A stretch of DNA of 63,552 bases from Octopus bimaculoides (GCF_001194135.2 NC_068983.1:63850563-63914114); one strand, 5' to 3'; numbered from the stretch's first letter, positions 24,735-38,235 are shown. A program made the numbers and translations. Notes: generated by a model not told the origin, from the letters alone.

Positions 24735-26700
24735 TGTGGGCTAGGTATTCCATTGACTCTCAAGTTCGATACGTACGCATTCTTCCACTCTTATTAGTCC
24801 CCTTCCTCCATTTGCTCTTTTCGTGTATAGGCGATCAGTGTCCTACGTGGACGATGACCACCACGCATAGTTACAAGTTTTATTGATTTCCTGTCCATCT
24901 CATTTACTTCCTCCTTTACCCACTTCAGGATTCTAGCACCATATTGAACTACTTCGGCTATGCGCGAGTTTATTGCCGAAATTACGTCATTGGTATTTAG
25001 CTTTGAAGCTAACATTTTCCTCACTCGCTGCAGGTACTCGCTTTTTGTCTTTTCCATCATGTCGTTATGTTTAATTCCATTTGCCTCAAGTATTCCCTAG
25101 TATTTATAACTGGATTGAGGTTGGATTGAGGTTGAATTGCCTTCATCATTTCACTACTTGACAACCATATGCGTTCTGTTCTGATAAGCTTTCCTCGTCT
25201 CATAACCATCGTAGCACATTTTGGGAGTCCAAACTTAATATTATTGGAGAACATCTGCACAGACTGGACTAGGCTGTCCAGTTCTGCCTCTGTGTTTTGT
25301 GAATAGCTTTAGGTCATTCATGAATAACAAGTGATTCAGTTTTCCATTACCTCTTCCCAGATCATACCCGAACTATGTTTTCTGTAGTATTTCCCTCAAG
25401 GGGAAGATCAGTGGGGGAAAACTGTCCTTTGGAAGATATCTCTCTTGATTTTCACCTCTCCTAATACTTGATTCCCTACTGTCATTTCCGTTCTCCAGTT
25501 TTTCATGCTATTCTATATAAGGCTTCTTATATTTTCTGCTACTCTATACATTTCCATTGTTTTATAATCCAGGAGAGTAGTATCATATCGTATGCTTTAC
25601 GATAGTCAACCCATACCATGCTCAGGTTGGTGTGTCTTCTCTTGCAGTTCCTGATAATTAGATTATCGATTAAGAGTTGATCCTTCGTTCCCCGGCTCAT
25701 CCTTCGGCACCCTTTCTGTTCAATATATAGCAGCCCATTGTTTTCCAAGTATCTATACATGTCACCGGTCAACGCCCCTGAGATTAGTTTCTACATTTCT
25801 AGAAGGAATGTTATTGGTCTAAAGTTGGATACAACATTTCCCTTTTCAGGATCCTTGGCACACAACAATGTCTTTCTCTTTGTCACCCAGCTGGGAATTG
25901 CGCCTTTCTGCAAGTACTCATCTTGCTGTTGCGCTATCCTTTCATGGAGCCCTCTCAACTTCTTTATCTAATAACCTTGGACCCCATCCGGTCCTGGGCT
26001 CTTATTTGGGAACATTCTTGGCTGCTTTTTAAAATTATTTCTTGTAGTAAATTCTTGGCCTTCTAAATTTCTTAACGTATCTTGAACTTCATGCAGCCAC
26101 TCCGCTTATCATTACGTTTTGCAGGTTGGTCCCAAATCCCTCTCCAGAATGCCCTGCTTTCCTCTGCATCTAGTATCATTGTTATGTGTAATTGCCCATC
26201 TAGTGCGTAAAACCGTGTCTTTGGATTTGCTTCAAACAATCTGTTTTACTTGAATCGTTTTGTTTTATTGTCATATCTTTCCAATTTTGCTTTGATTACC
26301 ACTACTTCTTTGTTTCAATTGTTCCAATATTACATCATACTCTTTATCTTTTATTCTATATGTTATTTTCAGCATTATTCTTATGCTTTCGTTCTGCAAT
26401 TTCCCTCTACTCAATCTATCAACTTGTCCTAAATGTCTTTCTTTGTTCCTCACAAATTAATCTACACCCGAATGGTTCTTTACGTTCTGTTTGTTCGTTT
26501 CTTTTGCATCCAACTCTATCTGCAGCAACTACAGCTACAGCCCAAATAATCTTGCTAGTTTCAGTTATATTTCTCGTCTAGAATAGCCCAAGGACCGAAT
26601 CTATATTTTCAGTTTCAACATTAAGCTTGCGCCGATCAATGTACCTTAGATTGGGGAGGGGGTGATTGAGCCCTGTCTTCTCTAATATATCGACTCAGTA
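24735..26700 (-). mobile_element. R4/Dong-clade element, longest fragment (N-terminal region through RT and thumb), decayed
   Basis: [71 protein letters not shown]. Confidence 0.9.
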
Positions 26701-26721
26701 TCCTCACTTTATCTTGTTGCA

Positions 26722-27242
26722 CCTTCTGCTCCTGCTCCTGCTGCTCCCCCTGCTGCCGCCCCTCCTGCTGCTGCACCTCCTGCTGCTCCTCCTCCTGTTG
26801 TGGCTGCTGCTCCTCCTCCCCTCTACTTCCTCCACCTCCCCTCTACTTCCTCCACCTCCNNNNNNNNNNNNNNNNNNNNNNNNNNNNNNNNNNNNNNNNN
26901 NNNNNNNNNNNNNNNNNNNNNNNNNNNNNNNNNNNNNNNNNNNNNNNNNNNNNNNNNNNNNNNNNNNNNNNNNNNNNNNNNNNNNNNNNNNNNNNNNNNN
27001 NNNNNNNNNNNNNNNNNNNNNNNNNNNNNNNNNNNNNNNNNNNNNNNNNNNNNNNNNNNNNNNNNNNNNNNNNNNNNNNNNNNNNNNNNNNNNNNNNNNN
27101 NNNNNNNNNNNNNNNNNNNNNNNNNNNNNNNNNNNNNNNNNNNNNNNNNNNNNNNNNNNNNNTTGTTGTTGTTCTTGTTCTCCTTGTTCTTGTTCTTGTT
27201 CTTCTTCTTCTTCTTCTTCTTCTTCTTCTTCTTCTTCTTCTT

Positions 27243-27337
<95 letters not shown>

Positions 27338-27351
27338 CATCATTATTATTA
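26722..27351 (+). repeat. Compound triplet array (CTG/CTC)n, gap, (TTG)(TTC)n(TTA)n
   Basis: Read directly; gap at 26860-27162. Confidence 0.95.
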
Positions 27352-27352
27352 C

Positions 27353-28785
27353 TAAGGTGATATGCTGGCAGAATCGTTAGCACGCCGGGCGAAATGCTTA
27401 GCGGTCTTTTGTCTGTTTTTATGTTCTGAGTTCAAGTTCCACCGAGGTCGACTTTGTCTTTCATCCTTTCGGGGTCGATAAATTAAATACCAGTTGTTTA
27501 CTGGTTCGATCTAGTCGACTACCTGCTCTCCCCAAATTTCCGGCCTTGTGCCTAGAGTAGAAAAGATTATTATCATTATTATTATTATTACTAATGCTGT
27601 GCTGGCAGGATCGTTAGAACGCCGGGTGGGATGCTTAGGTGTATTTCTTATGAGTTCAAATTCCGCTCAAATCGACTTTGCCTTTTATATTTTCGGGGTC
27701 CATAAACTAAGTACCAGTGAAATATTGGAGTTGAGGTAATCGACTCATCCCCTCCCTTAAAATGGTTTCCCTTGTGGAAAAATTTGAAAATATTATTGTT
27801 ATTATTATTATAATTATTATTATTATTATTATTATTATTATTGTTGTTGTTGTTGTTGTTGAAAATTCTGAGTTCAGATTCTGCCGAGGACGATTTTTCC
27901 TTTAATGTTTTCGGGGTCGATAAAATATATACCAGTCGATCACTGGGGTCAATGAAATCGGCTTACTCCTCCACCGAACTTGATGGTCTTATACAGGAAT
28001 TTGAAATTATTATTACCATTGCGGATTGTCAGAATAGTTAGAGTATCAGATTAAAGGCTATGCGCGATTTAGTGGTAGTTTTAAATTCTCAATTCAATCT
28101 TACTATGGCCAGTTATGCTTCTGGGTTTGATAAAAGAAATTACCAGTGAAGTAGTCGCATTGATTTAATGGACTAATAACTTCCCCCTCTCCCACCAAGA
28201 GAAAAAAGAATGCTGGCTTTGCGCCTAAAGTACAAAGAAATAATATTTGCGCTGTGAATTGGCAGAATCATTAGAACGTCAAGCAAAATGATTTGTATTA
28301 TTTGTTTTGACTTCTCTCGTTCTGGGTTCAAATTCGGCCGCGTCAACTTTGCCTTTTATCCTTCTCTTGTCGATTAAATAATATACGAGGCTATAACTGG
28401 AGATAGTATAACTCCAAATACTAACGCCTTGTGTCTATGATAGAAACTACTGCTACTATTGCTAACGCCGCTATCAATTCATGTAGCAGCAACAGTCGTA
28501 CTAGAAGTAGATGTAGTAGTAATAGTTGTTGTTGCTGTAGTAATCTTAATAAGCCGATATTGCTCGCAACCAAAATATCTATTGTTCTTATCTAACAGGT
28601 TGTGTAGTCTCTAGAGTATTTCTTTATTACTAGCGTTCAATTTGCTTACTTGGTGGTGAACTGGCAGTGTCATAAAGTTGAATACTACGAGTGCCATAAA
28701 GTTGAATACTACGAGTTCAAATTCTGGAGAAGTCAATTTTGCCCGTCATCGTTTCTGAATAGATAAAAATGTACCGATCTAATGT
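27353..28785 (+). mobile_element. Head-to-tail array of about six SINE family B copies separated by triplet tails
   Basis: Copies at ~27353-27565, 27592-27790, 27861-28008, 28020-28240, 28248-28445 and 28652-28785. They share an A-box-like ctggcagaatc head and/or B-box-like gagttcaaattc and a downstream cgataaa...tacc motif. Confidence 0.78.
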
Positions 28786-30089
28786 CATGGATGGCATGTC
28801 TGTGCGAGCGTCGGATTGGCTGTCTTGGTATGGCGTTCTCGTTCGGAATTCAAAGCCTGTAATGGTTTACATGTTTGGTAGACTTTATAGGTTGCCCGAT
28901 TTAACACATCCACCAAGTATCTTGAGCACCTTTAGCAGAGTCCATTCTATTACTAGCATTCCCCCATTCCACTTTCCAGCCTCGTAGTTTCTATTTCGAG
29001 TCATGGGCATCTTTTCTCCTGGCTAAAAGATAACAAAATGTGTGCCGTGTACATTGAAAGAGATCATGTTCTTGAGTAATTTATAGTGCAGTTTATTTTT
29101 CAACGGTGTCCGTATCAGCAAAGATTATTAGTTATTAAAGAAACGTCTTAAATATATCTCAAAGATAATTTTTCTTACGACAAAGTAATCAACCTCAAAT
29201 AGCAGGATATCCTTGGCAGGAATTCTTTGACCATGGAAGTTGATCAAGGAGGAGTCACTTGGGAATAAACCACATAAACAGCAACATACTTTAGATCTTA
29301 TCCTAACATGCCTGTTATATATCTGTCACGTATATGCACCGAAAGTGTAATTTCGCCTTCTGTATGGATATTGACAAAGAAATATGGATGCACCAATGTA
29401 TGTGCAGTCCAGAAGACTGCCTGAAACTATCAAATATTACCCTATAACCCCTATCTCATGTCTGTCGAATGTAATTGTATATTTTATTACCGTTAGTCTA
29501 TTTTCTAACTGGAACATTCTGTCTCAGTGTTGCTTTTCCAGATATAATACAACTGCTTTAGAATGTTTTCATGCAGTGTAAGTTCTTAGAGTATGTTGCC
29601 GCTGTTGGAAGGAAAAATTCTGCTTCCCAGAATAACGGGTCATAGAAATAATTCTACGACTAAGTCGTCTGACACTCAAGCAGAATTCATTCTGTTGCAA
29701 GTTTGTATTCGAACTAGAGATACTAATACATACCAACCTTGTCTTTACTGCAACATCGTTTTTACATGTTCAGTCTTTGTATGAACCTCATTAGTTCTAA
29801 GAGGGCCTACATATGTCATGGCTACAAAACCTCCTCCTTTGATCTGTTCATGGAGTAAAGAATCACATCACCTAAATTAGAAAAAAGTTTGGTATAGTTT
29901 GTTTTTAGTCTGTTTCTAGGTTTCTGCATCTTGGTTTATTTTAAAAATGTTAATATAAGACGGAATGTCGTGTGGTTTTATGATGTAATTATTGTGCCTA
30001 AATTTAATAATGTTCGTGTGGTGATCTATGTTACATCATATCCTTCTCTATATCTTATGGTTGTGTAGTTGATGATCAAGAGAAACATG

Positions 30090-31225
30090 GTGGTAACAAC
30101 GCATTGAAAGAGATATAATGCGGGTAAGGCAAGATGTAGGACAAATTGAGCAATGGTGAGCAGGAATCAAGAAAAATGGGAAAAGGACCGACCGAGAAAA
30201 ATTAGAAAAGAAATATAAAATAAGGAAGAATGGGTTTGATGTAGTAATAGAGCAGTTAAAACAGAGGATCATGGCAAAAACCAGAACACCAGAAGATTTG
30301 TGAACAGAAAGAAGCAGTTCGAATAGAACAGATTGTTCAGAAATAACCCGAAGCAACTATTCCGAACGTTCGAAGGAATCAATGGGGAAAATGTTGCTCC
30401 TGATGCAAATCAAACCAAGGATTATTGGGAAACAATGTGGTACATAAAAGAGATGCAATGTGGATAGGAACTATCAAGACAGAAGTACAAGGAGGAAAGA
30501 AACAAAGGTATATTGTCAGAAGCACGGGTGATGTGAAAGAACAAGTGGATAAAGTGCCTAATTGGAAAGCCCCTGGACCAGATAGGATTCATGGTTTCTG
30601 GCTGAAGAGATGTCATGTGGTGCACGAAAGTCTAGCAGCCTAATCGAATGAGTGTTTCCAGAAAGATACAGTCTCCGCATGGATGGTGAATGGGAGGACA
30701 AAACTTGTAATGAAATATACAAGAAAGGGTAATATTGGGGGGAAACTACCGTCCCATAGCATGAATAAACACAATCTGGAAGATACTCACTGGAATATGT
30801 GCAGCAAAGACATACACTTTCCTGGCACAGGAAGATATTCTACCAATGGAGCAAGAAGGATGTAGGAAGAGTTCTCAGAGTACCAAGGATCACCTAGTCT
30901 TCGATAAAACAGTTTTGAGGCATTGTAAAAAAACATCATAGAAACATGTCTACGGCTTGGAATGACTTTAAGAAGGCATATGAAATAATGCCTAATTCTT
31001 GGATTGTTGAATGCCTGCAAATGTTTGTTGTTGCTGACAACATCACAAATTTTCTGATGCATAGCATGAAAAAGTGGAAAACCAAATTGTACTCAATTAA
31101 TGTATTACTTGGAGAAGTTAATATTAAATGGGGAATCTTCCGAGGTAACTCGGTTTCTCCGTTAATTTTTGTAACAATGATACGTAGAAATGTTAAGATG
31201 GGTTACCGATGGAGGAAGAAAAGCC
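30090..31225 (+). mobile_element. R4/Dong-clade N-terminal-to-RT fragment, decayed and 3'-truncated
   Basis: KLEKKYKIRKNGFDVVIEQLKQRI, VPNWKAPGPDRIHGFWLK, TAWNDFKKAYE, GIFRGNSVSPLIF. Confidence 0.85.
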
Positions 31226-32100
31226 AGCATGTCAGTCGATATGAGACTTCTAAGTGCCTCTTTTAGCTTTCTTACTACATTTCCCGCTATGTTAGATTTC
31301 TCGAACACTATTTCTTTATTAGACTCTACCGCCTCTACTCTAATAGCTCTTTTCAGAGCTATATACTATCGGCTGTTGACGATTGCACCCCACAACTTCC
31401 GATGGACTAACTTGCTAATCCGGTCTCTGAATGTTTGACGCGCCGAATAAGATGAATTCAGCTCCTAGTATCAGAGACTTGCTTATAGATCATATTTGCA
31501 TCGGCTGTACAGATCACAACCAAGGGACTGTGTAGCCGACGACTTTAAATTGTGGACAACTTATGCTATTTCTATCTGCAGGCCTACAAAATACTCTGGC
31601 TAGATACATTCTAGTAGACTCGATTCTGTTATCCCATATACACACTGCTACATTCGGGAAACACAGTCGGTACTTGTCATCCAATTCAAAGCGACTGAGC
31701 AGGCTTGTGAGGCTTTTACACCCTATCGACTAACTTCACGCTATCCAATGTTGCGTCCAAGATAACGTTGCAATCACCCACTAGAACTGAAAAGCGAGTC
31801 ATCTCAAGGCACACCTCAACACGTCCGGAGACATCTGTCAGCCTGGCCCGAGTTGAGGTTTACACAGTAATTCAAAGCCATAGAGATATAGGAGGACATT
31901 GTCATTTGCTAGAAGATATTTCAAGCCGATGTAAGATGAAAAATTGCCAGGTAGCTGGTCTGGACTTAGTCTAAGGTTTCTCTGTTCAAGGTTTTTAACG
32001 AATTTACATCCTAAACTAAAAACCTCCTACAAGGATATGTGCACCAAGACATTGTAGCAAAATGATGATCAAAAGAAGTACAGTATTGATTCAGAAGGTC
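31226..32100 (-). mobile_element. Second, older Tx1-clade ORF2 fragment (APE domain and linker)
   Basis: Minus-strand VLVGDCNVILDA, FELDDKYRL, YLARVFCRPADRNSISCPQFKVVGY and IALKRAIRVEAV align to the equivalent segments at 2290-2840. The 5' limit is approximate. Confidence 0.78.
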
Positions 32101-33163
32101 CAAGCCAAGGGTGCCATGGTCTGTTATTATCGTCAGATTGCTTGTTGACCTATGATATAGATGCTTCTAACTTTGATAATAAGACGTAGCTATACCTGAA
32201 GACGAATACATTGTGTAGACAGAGAACGAGAAAGTCGGGAATTACCAAGACCTTGTGATTGGAATTGAGAAGAATCCGTAGAGTCACACACGGGATCGGT
32301 ACACTTGGGACCATCTTAGAGAGCGCGAGCAATATTCTGGCATCAAACGCTGCAGATACAAAATATTCGAAATAAGTATTCAGTTGGTAGCAATACTTGG
32401 AACTGGTCATGTGTTGCGGAAAAGTGTTGCATCTCTTAGCTGCGAGATAGTACTAAGATTTGATATAGATAAATCAGAAGCTAAGTGAATTAATGAATAA
32501 TGATAATGTTTTATAGCATTTTCAGAAGAGAGACAGTTTGAAAGAATGCTGTTGAAAGTTGACTTGATTTCATTGCTTAACAGCAATTTAGTATTTTATT
32601 GACCTGGAAGAATCAAATGAAACATTGTTCTGGAGGGTTTTCAGTTCATTATAAAGGGATGTAATTGAATGCCGTAAGACATTTTGTCGTTTCTGTCTTT
32701 CGCCGTCTTTTACAATGATGTTAATGATTTGTAAGTAAGGCAGGATGCTGCACATTTAAGGTGAAATTTCAGATGATTTATTTAACTCCAGTAATTGATT
32801 TATTATTATTTTAATGGTCCTCGAAGGACGATAGGGAAATTGTATTTCGAACATTTCTTAGATAGTTACACTACTTTAAATTATACTCATACACGAACAC
32901 ATTGATAAACACAATATGTATGTCCAACGACAACGAACACTGACCAAAGAAAATTATAGGCTTTCCAAGATAGGTAAGATCAAATGCATTTCATATTCAG
33001 CCAAATGTTCTACAACTTCAAGTCAGTTAAGGAAAACAGATAAAGACGGTACAGTTCTAACGATAAAGGTTCGCTCAAAATGCTCATCTGTAGCTTTTGA
33101 TAAAACAAATTGGGAAGGAAAAATGAAAAGGAAAGCGATGAGTGCGTGCTTGTGTATGTGTGT

Positions 33164-34013
33164 GAAGTGGTATTTATTTACCTGAGTTTTGACATGATCT
33201 CCTTCGAAATAATCACCTTGCGCAGCAATACACTGATCTCAGCGTTCCTACCTGTTTTGAAATCTGGCCTGGAAGTCGTTTTCTCTGAGTCGAGGACTTT
33301 CTGCGATTTGCTCTTGAACTCAACAACGGTGTGAAACGGCGACCTTTGATCTGCATTTTCTTCTTGGGAAAGTGATGGAAGTCTGTAGGTGCAAAATCTG
33401 ACGAATAAGGTGTGTGCGGAAGCTATACCATTTTGTTTTTGGCAAGAAATGAACGAGTGAGGAGAGCTCAGTGACAGGGTACATTGTCGTAGTAAATAAT
33501 TCAGTTGTTCGTACTCCACAGATCCGGTCGCTTGCGCCAAATGTCCTCCCTGAAACGATTCAAACGTCGCAGTAGGTGGCTTGATTGCCGCTCTGGTTCT
33601 GGGGGAGAATTCTCGATGCACAATTCCACACTTCTGCTGGGCGTGTGGAATAGTCTTGGCAGGTCTTCTAGATGGCTCATCGTCATCCAGGGACCTTCTT
33701 CCGCCTTTGAAGCGCCCGTGCTACTCGAAACTTTGCGTGCGACCCATTCTTGCGTCTCTGTAAGCTTGTTGAAGCATACTCAATGTCTCTGTAGCAAACT
33801 TGCCAAGTGTAACGCAAAATTTCGTTCGCTCTTTGGTCCAATTTCCTGTCCATAACAAAATCGCAGACTACAGCATATACAAATTCGGAAATAAATTCAG
33901 CGATGTCACTCGGCACATGAGGGTCATACTAGCTCTCACTGCATACGCAACTCAGTGCTGATTTCTGTTTGTGAGCTACAGACGTAGTCCAGGAAATGTT
34001 TGATACCACCTCC
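33164..34013 (-). mobile_element. Mariner, same family as 8609-9860, internally deleted
   Basis: TIR GAGGTGGTATCAAACATTTCCTGGAC at the 34013 end; MDRKLDQRAN; deletion junction near 33650 removes the linker and first catalytic Asp; GDYFEG C-terminus; partial TIR at 33164-33173. Confidence 0.88.
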
Positions 34014-34692
34014 AACTGCGCATGCGCATGCGTGTGAATGTGAGAGGGTGAAGCAAATTTTTGAAGAGGATTAGGAGAGAAACACAGAACCGTGAAATGT
34101 GCGATGATAGGTGTTCGGTGCAATTCGATAGGTCTTTTATTAGTTTCCTCTTCATATTTGAGTTTGTAATGTGCATTAATTTGCATTAAATATTTTAGGA
34201 GCTAATGGATTCCTAATTTGATTTATGAGGTTATTTCTTAGCTGAAATATGAAACGGGCTTGGTGTATGTTGCATGCATATAGTATAAATATTGTGTAAT
34301 ATTTATATTGATAATTTAGGATATCGTGCTTATAATAAGCGATTAGCCATTAAACTTGTGGAAATGAAAAGCATCAGAAAGAATAGATTTAATTTCCTTT
34401 TTTGAGAAGAGCAATTGGCAGATGCTCTGTCGACAGCCCACAACACGTTAATCAAACAAGCAATCGATATGTATCTCATGTGACGTTAGTAGTCTATTTC
34501 TTTAATGGCTTAGTCAAGACGGAACGAAGAAAACCCATTAGCCTTTTCATGACTTCCATGACTGATAAGAAGTAGTTTTCCTCATGTAGGAGACATAAGC
34601 AGAAAGCTTGTAACAAATTGGGAGTCTGCTTAACGCATCCAGGAGTTCGATGGTAATATTGAAGCTGGGAAGGGATAGTCAACGAGTAGCTA

Positions 34693-35884
34693 CTGGAGTG
34701 AGCAGAAAGTTCATCAAGTGACAATGAAGAAATGATGCTACAGCTGTGAAATCTTGCATGTATTAATTTCAAAACTTATGATTAATTTCAACACTCATTA
34801 AAAACTGCATTGTTCGTTTCCAGGTAAAGTGGCATATGGCTGTTCAAGGAAGACTTCAAAGAAGCTAGTAGCGGCTTCTATTCAAAATTTAGTATTGTGG
34901 TGTTATCAAGTACCTGCAGAAAAAAGGTTTTAACCCTCTACAACATTCATTCTGCCATGGCTTTTACACTAGGGTATGATGCACCATCTTTATAAATACG
35001 GCAAAACTGGGCAGCTGGATTAGAAGGGGAAGTGGGGAGTCTGGAAGTGACCCAAGTTCTGGAGGCCCTACGACAGCCACAACCGAGGAAAACATTGATC
35101 ATGTACACCATATGGTGATGGATGACTAGTGATTGACTATAGATCATATAGCCAAAGCAATTCTATAAGCATATCTCGTGAGAGAGTTGAGAATATTTTG
35201 TACAATAAACTTGGCATGACGAATGTTTCTGTACGATGGCTGTCACATCTCACATCTGATAAAAAGCGCACCGAAAAATATGACATTGAGGCTGATCCAG
35301 CTGCTGGTTTCTTTGAACGTTTCTTAAGACAGGATTAGTGTTTGCTTCATCACTTTGGGCCAGAGAAAAAGAGACAATCCATACATCGGAAATACCCTTC
35401 CTCATCTGCTCAAAAATGGCCAATGTCTTTTTCCTCTGCAGGGATGAAAACGGCATTGTACATATTAATTATCTTCAAAAGTTCCACACCCTCAATGGAG
35501 AGTAATATACCAACTTGTTGATGTATTTGCTTCATCAGGACGATTCCCAAGCACACATTCTTTGCTTTCAATGGCTGTAGTACGTGGCTGTGGCATTGAA
35601 CTGGTTGACCAGCTTCCTTACTCTCCTGATTTGGCCATATCTGACTATTATCTGTTCCCTAAAATGAAAAAACTACTTGGCTGGGAACCAGTTTCGCAAT
35701 GATGATTACGTCATCTCTGGTATTAATGACTTTTTTGAACATGATGATAGCTTCTTCACCAAAGAGATATAAGATGGAAGAAGTATGTGGACTGTAAGGT
35801 AGACTATGTTGAATAATAAATTTCATTTGGTTACAAGTCATGAGAGTATCTTGTTCAGCCTATGATCCTCTCAGCCGACCCTCG
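34693..35884 (+). mobile_element. Mariner DNA transposon (second family), near full length, decayed
   Basis: TA at 34691-34692 and 35885-35886 with degenerate TIRs. GVIKYLQKKG, TTEENIDHVHHMVMDD, PYSPDLAISDYYLFPKMKK. Confidence 0.85.
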
Positions 35885-35971
35885 TAAGGCATAACATACT
35901 ATGTGATATATACATCCATTATATTTGATATTCAAAAATGGTATGGTAAGTAGACATTTAGACGAAGTTGT

Positions 35972-36040
<69 letters not shown>

Positions 36041-37989
36041 GTATAATGCATAGGCTGGTGTAGCACGTACCTCATATTTAGACATAGAAAACAGTCAACA
36101 ACAGACAACTCTCTGCGTGATAGATATCTTACAATACGTTAAATAAACATATTGTAATATCACCTGCTACGTTATACAAACAATTTTATCTTAATAAATA
36201 TTTCCAGTTATCCTCCATTTTAATCAAATTTATATCTTTAACAGGTGATGTACTTTCACTGTGATAGCTTTAAGCTTGTCTCTTCCTTGGGAACATAATA
36301 TCAATATTTAACGAATGAAATTATTATACCTCCCTCGTGTGTCTTTGTTTTTACGTCATATCTAACTCCTATATTTAATTCGTTTCAACCATTTCAACAA
36401 TCAAATGTCTCTCTCACTCCCACTCTCACTTTCCCTCTCTTTCCCTCTTTCTTTCTCTTTCTCCTTCTCTTTCTCCTTCTCTCTCTCCCACTATCACTTC
36501 CTCTCTTTCTCCCCGTCTGTCTGCCTGTTTGTCTGCCTGTCTGTCTGCCTGTCTGTCTGCCTGTCTGCCTGCCTGTCTGTCTCTCCTTCACACACAGTGA
36601 TACACAATTGTCAATTGGACAATGAAATAAGTAACCTACTCAAGTGTTTATATCTCATAGTAGGCATTCTTTTGTTAAGATAGGATTCTTATTTCAGTTT
36701 GCACAGGTCTTTTGTAAAAATTGCCTAAAACTATCGATAGCAGTATCTGGGAAGATGACCGACAGCTGAGTAGTGCTTCTTTGAAGATGTTTGGGCTCCT
36801 GAACGAATCGCTACATTCGCTTATTCCTTTTGTTAAATTTACTGCAGAAAGATCCACACAAACACCAATATCATGATGAACGAGTCGTATCAAAATTTAC
36901 TTCCGATTAAACAATAGTACTATATACATGTGTATGTGTGCATAACTAATATTACATATATGTCGGTGTTACTGATATTTTATAATGATTACTTCTCGGT
37001 GAGGCTCCGTATGCACTTCTATAAAATTATGTGCATCTGTAAATATTTCAAATTTAGCAAAAAGATTAAAACAAATTTTTAGTTTCATATTAAAAATGAT
37101 GTAGATCTATCTGATTTTGTGAAAATATTTTTCTAGTTGCGTGATTTTTCTGTTGCACATATTTGGCATATTACAAAATTTTAGAACCACAATAGAAAAA
37201 TGTTCTTGCGTTCAAACGTTTTCTTTTTTAGATTTTTTTTTATCTTAGTTTAGGAGATTTCATATTTCTATCTTTTATCCTCATTGATGTATGTGTTTGG
37301 AATATTTTTATTTAATCTAATCAGTCATTTTATTCCATGTTTTCCTTTACAATTCTAAGTAATAACATTTCATTTATATCTATTTAAAATAATAAATATT
37401 TTAATATCGCTGCTGCTGCTATTAATAACATGATCAATGAAAAATAAAAATTATCAAGTAATTCACCAATTTGTTTCTAAAGTTTATTGTTAGATATATT
37501 TCAGCTTATCGATAAGCATCGCAATAACAAACAGAACAGAACCAAAATAGGATTTATGTATTGGTTCTTCGACAAGAGGAGTCAACATTATAATGTGAAA
37601 TTGCGCGCTTCAACACAACCACAAATGGACCGGACATGCTAAAAAACAATGTCTATCAATTCTCACCATCGATTTACAACCACCAAATGTGGTCCATTTC
37701 TCCATATCAAATTCATCTCTGCCACTTTAGCTATCAGAAAATTATCCGAGAAGTACCAATTCCATTTCTACCTGCAAATTTTACATCAGGTGATACTTGA
37801 AAAAATTAATGAGATCTTGTCCAGCGATAGAAAGCTTTTTTCACACTTTCTTTGAAATGCATCAAGCATGTATGTTATTTTTCCGTAGCTATCTGACAAA
37901 GGAAGAATACTTGCTTTATACCAACCTTTCTTTACACTCTTCTGTCTTAGAAAGCACTTTCTCCTTGTTCATCTAATTCCAGTCATTCA

Positions 37990-38185
37990 AAAATGTGGAT
38001 TGTTGGCCGGTTTCCCCTCGTCTTCCCTTTGTTTTTAACTTTCGTCTGTCTTCTGTTTCTGAAGAAGACCTCTGATCGAGGGTCTTACTAATATTCCCTG
38101 AGCGTCTTATTAATATTTTGCATGTGCCTTGTCCTTGCGTTGTTGTATTTTTCCTGTTGTCTTTTCGTTCGTTCCTTTTTGGTTA

Positions 38186-38187
<2 letters not shown>
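37990..38187 (+). mobile_element. Possible Penelope pLTR-like remnant with a broken hammerhead motif
   Basis: CTGAAGA (38059-38065) and stem AGACC/GGTCT (38066-38085), but no GAAA. Followed by (TA)n. Confidence 0.35.
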
Positions 38188-38227
<40 letters not shown>

Positions 38228-38235
38228 CATAAATA

